This document shows, in pieces, positions 58,537 through 64,000 of a stretch of 64,000 nt of DNA. The notes under the pieces are model-generated. The model did not search any database and was not told the origin of the DNA. It saw nothing but the letters and a program-made list of their open reading frames with translations. How positions within the stretch are numbered: position 1 is the first letter of the stretch; the number at the start of each line of letters is the position of its first letter. Source of the DNA: Eledone cirrhosa (lineage: Eukaryota). Location of the stretch: NCBI GenBank assembly GCA_964016885.1, contig OZ024743.1, positions 367,288,001-367,352,000 of the forward strand, read 5' to 3'. The translations under genes were made by a program, and so were the position numbers.

Positions 58537-61500
58537 TTATAGACACATACTCAGAGTAGGCCCATTCACTCGAGCCATTCTTGCCTCTCTCACCCATCTT
58601 TCAACAAAATGCTGGGAAGAGAGCACTTCCCTCTCTACCCTGATTTTCCTTTTCAAATGAAATTTGAACAAGTTAATCAGGGCATCACCGAAGAGGTAAG
58701 TGCTCGTCTTCAGCCCTTTCAAACGTGTCCACCATACTATCTCATTCGCCATGGCCACCAGACAGATAAAAATTGCCTGCCCTTCCCGGCTAAAGGAAGA
58801 GGGCGGGGCAATCCTCACGATGGACTCAGCTGATAGCCGGATCTGTCCTACACGCGACAGCAGGTGTTCGACATAAACCCACAAGTCAGCAATGCTTGGA
58901 CACTGGACGAGTGCGTGCAGGACGGTTTGGACGCCCTGCACACATCTCGGACATGCCCGACTGACGGCACCTCCATGCCTGTAGAGTTTATCCCGAACTG
59001 GCAAAGCTCCTCGGTAGCACTGCCAGGTCAGGGATTTATGGAAGTTGTCCATAGGACCTCGCTGGAAAGTTCTTCCGAAGAGATTGGCTAGTTGATTTTT
59101 GTTGACGCCTAGAGTTTCCCTAAGTACGTCATCGCTCTTCCCCTCCACTAATCCTCTATAGAACGCCAAGGTGGAGTTTCCACCGATCACATTGCCCGAT
59201 TGGACGAGGGTTGTGAGCGCCTGAAGACATTCCAATCTCCAAGCGCTCCCTCTCGGTCTTCGCTTGACCCAGGATGGCAGCTCCGTCAAGGAGACAAGCT
59301 GGGGAAAGACGCATCTAGCAAACGGCGACAACACCTGATCACCGTCGAGGAAGAGCGCGTGTCTGCTCATCATCAGCCATGGCATGCCCAGCCCTCCACG
59401 TAGCGGGTGTTGACAGCAGATAGACTGCCTGACCATCGAAGCACCTCCCTTCCATAAAAAGCAAAAGAGCAAATGCTCCAGCGCAGTCAGGTGAGACTTA
59501 GGACAAGGTACGACGGTCAGGCGGTAGTAGATGACGGACGCGATGTACGCGTTAGCCACCTCCGCTCGACCTTTCAGGGATAGCTTCCTCTCCGCCCATT
59601 TCTGGGTGAGAGAAGCCACCCTGCAAGTCACCTCGTCCCAGTTTTTGTCTGTCTGGAGGTCCAGACCGAACCAGACCCCTAGCAATCTAACCGGTCCGTC
59701 CGTCCAGCGCCCGACGACGTTGTTGGACGGCATGGACATTCCTCTCCACGTGCCGAGCTACAGGCCCACTGACTTTTCCTGGTTGATCATTGTTCCTGTC
59801 ACCGCTTAGTATCCTCTTAGTGTAGTGCCGATCGCCTTGATGTGTTTGGCGTTCGACACCACTACGGTGACATCGTCCGCATATGCTATTACGGAATTTC
59901 GCATCCTAGTTCGTGCGGGACCCCCCTCAACATCTCCAGTTTGTGCAGTAATGGCTCGAGAGTCAATACGTACAAGTGGGACGAGAGGGGACATCCTTGG
60001 CGGACCGAGCGCATGATGTTGAACGGTTCCGAAAGGTGACCGTTCACTCTCACCACAGAGCAGATGTCGCTGTGCATGGCAGCGATCCAGCCTCTGAAGA
60101 CGGGCCTAAAGCCAGCCGCCCTCAGGACTGCTGCTAAGTAATGATGGTCGACCCTATCGAAAGCTTTCGACTGATCTAAATTGATCAAGGACCCACCCGT
60201 GCCAGGTTCCCTAGCTACCCTCTCCACGATGTATCGCATGAGGTGGAGGTTGTCGTGGATGGATCTGTCAGGAATGGCACATGTCTGCGCTTCTCCCACC
60301 AGACCACCAACGACAAGCGCCAACCTCTTTGCTAGCACCTTGGCCAAAATTTTGAACTCTGTGTTTAGCAGAGTTATGGGCCTGAATTTATCTATGTTAT
60401 CCCCCTTGTTCGGATCCTTTCTCAGCAGTGCCACCGCTCCTCGGCTCACAGAACTGGGAATTCTCCCATTCTGTTGCCAGTTGCAGTAGACGTCCACCAA
60501 GAGGCCTCATAACAAGTCTGGCATCTGTACGTAAAGTTCATAGGGCAGACCATCCAAACCAGGCGATTTACCCCTTGTGCAGCCAGTCATTGCCTCCCGT
60601 ACTTCAGTGGCTGTTATCGGCTTTTCGCAACACTCTGCCTCAGTGGCCGAGAGCCGCAGCAGTCTGTCGAGGTAGACACTAAAGTCCATCCCTCGATCCG
60701 GCCCGCAGCTGCCCCCGAAAAGCTGAGCGAAGTGTCGCTGAAAAGCCGCACACATCTGCCCGGGATCGAATATCATGCGCCCGTCGTGGTCTTCCAAAGA
60801 CCGGATCGTGGTTTTGTTGCCGCGATGTGCCTCCGCCACTCGGGCCTATTGAACAGCTTTCGTCCCCTCGTGTCTGAGAGCACGCACCCTAGCTCTGACA
60901 ATGCAGCCTTCGTGCTTTGCATTGAAGAATTGGTCAAGAGCCAATATCGCCACAAGTACGTCGGTCGCGATGCCTTTGCTAAGCACCTCATCTAATTTTC
61001 TAACTAGTTCTCCCTCTGCTCTATTTTTCTCTATAGCTAAAGCCTTACTAAACCTAATGGACTCTATTCTAATTGCTCTTTTCAGAGCAAACCACCACTT
61101 GTTGACGATGGCCCCCGTCAACGCCCGCTTAACTAGTTCGCTAATCCGGTCTCTGTAGGCCTTGCACGCTGGTAAGGACGCGTTTAGCTGGGTCCTTGTC
61201 TATGAACCACACAGATCAGGAATTTGTGGTTCGTGTAGCTGACTATCTTGAATTGTCGACAGCCTATGCTAGACCTATCTATTTCCATACAAAATACTCT
61301 ATCTAGATATAATCTGGATAACCTGATGCGGTTTGTCCAAGTCCACATTGGCACATTCGGGAAATCCAATCAGTACCTGTCAGACAGTTCAAAACGCCTG
61401 AGCAGGTTGGTGAGCCTCTTGCACCCTCCTCCCCTATCCGCTAATCCCACACAGTCCCAGCGTGCATCTAAGATCCCGTTCTAGTCGCCCACTAACATTA

Positions 61501-61907
61501 AAGAGCGGGACGTTCCAAAAAAAGGTCTCCAGACGCCGGAAGAAATCAGGCCGCCCTGCTCCTGTCGAGGCATAGGCGACAACTAGCCTGAAAGCTTGCC
61601 CGTCTCCGCTGGTCACGTCCAGCACCACCAACTTACCTTCTGGGTCCAGGAAGATGGCCCGTATGGCGAGATCCAAACCTCTCCGAAAAAGCACAGCAAC
61701 TCCTCCCCCCGATCCAGGACGGCTGGGAGATGCGTACACGCCGTAGCCGCCGAAGATCGGTGAGAAGGCCCGTGCTTCGGAGATTCTGGTCTAGCTGATG
61801 GCCACTACATCTATGGTTAGTGACCTGAGGTCGTTGAGCAGGTGGCGCTGCTTCCATGAGGACCCCAAGCCACGCGCATTTATGCTGCCTATTCTGAGTG
61901 AGGTCAT
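58537..61907 (-). pseudogene. Tx1/L1 ORF2 (APE-RT-zinc finger), frameshifted
   Basis: MTSLRIGSINARGL, SRLYLDRVF, KSPGLDGLP, FRPITLLNTEFKILAK, LDQSKAFDRV, RQGCPLS, AYADD, CPRC..TVLHALVQC. Confidence 0.9.
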
Positions 61908-61941
61908 GTTGAAAAGGAGTGGAAAAGATGGGAAAGATCAC

Positions 61942-63905
61942 TTACCTCACTTTTCGTAGAGGAAGGATGGTTTCTCCATCCTTTTCACTGCTTGTGGCCT
62001 CCTCCGGAAGGATATCCTTATAAATCCTCCTGGAGAGTGCTTGTCGGAAGTCTCCGATGTCTTTGGGGAATTTTTGTTTTAGTGTCGTGTACGTTTTCTG
62101 TGTGATGCGAGTGATTTGTATGTGTGGAGGTGGTGTGAACTTTTGGGGTGTTGTATAGTCTTTTTCTGTGATGCTGGTGTTGTGTTGGATGTAGTGTAAT
62201 AATTGGTTGTTGTACAAATTTAATGCTGTGTAGTGTGTATCGTTTTGGTTGTTTTATTTTGTTTGCGTTTGTTGTGGGTTTGTTTCTGTTTCGCTTTTTG
62301 GTGACTTTTGTGGTGTTGGTGATGGTGGTGTTGGGGTTAATGATGGTGTTGGTGTTTGTGGTGATGGGGTTGGTGATGCTGGTGTGGATGGTGGCATAGC
62401 TGTCCTAACTTTTTTGTTTGATAGTTTATTTGTTTCCCTTTGTATTTTGTTTTTGGAGGGGGAAGGAAGAGGATTTTTTTCTTTTTTGGCTTCTTTTTCT
62501 TTTTTTCTTTTTTCCTGATACAGTTTCCCACTCCTCGTCGTCACAATCTGTCTCCAGTTGCGATAGGTCGGGGAGTGGAAAATCCTCCACAGGCGTTGGT
62601 TTTGGTTGTGGCGTGGTGGATGGTGGAGGCGCTGGTGCTAGTTCTGGCGCGTTGGTGGTGGTGGTGTTGGGTTTGCTACTGTTGCTGGGGTTGTTGCTGC
62701 TACAGTTGCTTCTGTTGTTGCTGCTACAGTTGTTGCTGCCATTTCTGCTGCTGGTGGTGTTGATGGTTGAGTCACTGGGGTGGGTAAGAGAGGTGGCCTC
62801 AACTTTTTAGCCTGAGGGCAGAAATCATTTAGGTGGGTTCCTTCACCACAAACGACACACCTAGGCCTTCTACCCTCGACGATTACGGTGAGGTGGCTGC
62901 CGTCAGTGAGGTCTATTACCTCTGGGATTTCCTCAATGCTTTTTTGGTCCGCTTGGATCAGGAGCTCCATCCCAGATCCGGACTAGTTCTCCTGCTTTTC
63001 TTTTGATATTTCAATTATTTTGGTGTTGCCCTCGATGCCGGCGAGGACGGCAGCCATTAGCCAGGGAATTTGATGGCCGGTGGAACGTGGGTCACCCTGA
63101 TCTTCACGAGTCTCTGGCCACAGTAGCTTGGGACGAGTGTGAAGTCGTCGCTTCTTAATGGGGCCATGGAGTGCTCTCTGGCCTCCTGTGGTGTTCCAAA
63201 GAACACGTCCACGGTTCCATATTTCTGCCCACGTCTGATGTGGGTTTTTTTCGCCCACACATGTCCCAAAGCTTTTTGGATGTGGGATTCGGATGCCCAT
63301 TCCACTCGGCGCGATTTTGTGTTAATCGTCCGATAAGATACGGTGCATAGGCGTTGATGCTCCATTTTATTAGGTGGGGTGGGGGTGAGGCTGACCCTGT
63401 ACCCATCTTTCTTTACGATTCCCTTGGCTTCATTTAATTCCTCCTGAGTTACCTCGATTGTTTCGCATTTCTTGGCTGCTTTGGCAAACGACTTATTTGC
63501 GGTGGTGTTGATGTTTTTGTTGTTATTCTCATTGTTGTTGCTGTTGCTGTTATTGTTATTTTTGTTATTGTTATTTTTAGTTTCAGTTATGGTGGTGGTG
63601 GCGTCAGTGGTGTTCGGTGTGGAAGAGTCAATTCTGGGTGAATCCATTTCGATGTCACGAGATAATAATTTATTTTTTTCTTTTGTTTCTGTTGTCGCTG
63701 TGGTGGTGGTGGGGGTGGCAGCTTTAACACCTGCAGTTTTTGGTAATGGCAGGAAATGAATGTCTGCATGAGACAAATTTAAATTATTGCTACTGCTTAT
63801 ATTTTTAGTGTTGGCAAACGTAGTAATATTTACAATGATGGTGTCGGTGTGAGGTGATAGTTTGTGAGGAAGGCTGTCAGCCTGGTGTGGCTGTGAGTCG
63901 TCCAT
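61942..63905 (-). pseudogene. Tx1/L1 ORF1 (nucleic-acid binding), one frameshift and in-frame stops
   Basis: The ORF track pieces 62983-63300, 62638-62970, 62254-62544 and 61942-62217 share one frame, separated by stops; RCVVCGEGTHLNDFC knuckle. Confidence 0.75.
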
Positions 63906-64000
63906 GATTTTTTCAAAGAAATGTTTTGTTTGATAATTATAAAAGTTTAAATTTTGGGCTCAAGGCCCCAATCTTTTTGAGTGTCCTTTTCAGAAAGCAA

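Larger units (their letters stand above)
58278..63960 (-). mobile_element. Near full-length L1/Tx1-clade LINE (decayed)
   Basis: ORF1 ~63905-61942 (RRM-like region, CX2CX4HX4C knuckle, Pro/Thr/Asn low complexity); ORF2 61907-58537 (APE, RT, C-terminal Cys/His region); AATAAA and (ATT)n 3' end. The 5' end may lie at or beyond the window edge. Confidence 0.9.

Overview
AT-rich eukaryotic (animal) genomic DNA. The repeat content ((TA)n/(CA)n/(GAT)n microsatellites, RTE LINEs with (GAT)n tails, tRNA-derived SINEs) looks most like a coleoid cephalopod such as an octopus, but that is an inference. The window is mostly a transposable-element graveyard. It holds several RTE-clade LINEs (one near full-length, several 5'-truncated), a decayed full-length Ty3/Gypsy LTR element, a near full-length L1/Tx1-clade LINE, R4/Dong, HERO and CRE-like relics, several Penelope-like (PLE) fragments, a non-autonomous Helitron, piggyBac-like MITEs and many SINEs. 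The only host coding sequence I can recognise is a C-terminal exon of TMEM245 on the minus strand (about 52.87-53.07 kb). Main leads: (1) a canonical PHD finger inserted inside the RT region of the RTE ORF; (2) Gypsy LTRs joined three times at the same ACGTC site of the RTE 3' tail; (3) an ungapped 3'-end match between the (ATT)n-tailed SINE and the Tx1-like LINE; (4) several degenerate minimal hammerhead-ribozyme motifs; (5) a ~190-bp-arm foldback palindrome in otherwise unique sequence. All calls were made by eye, no searches were run, and most boundaries are approximate.
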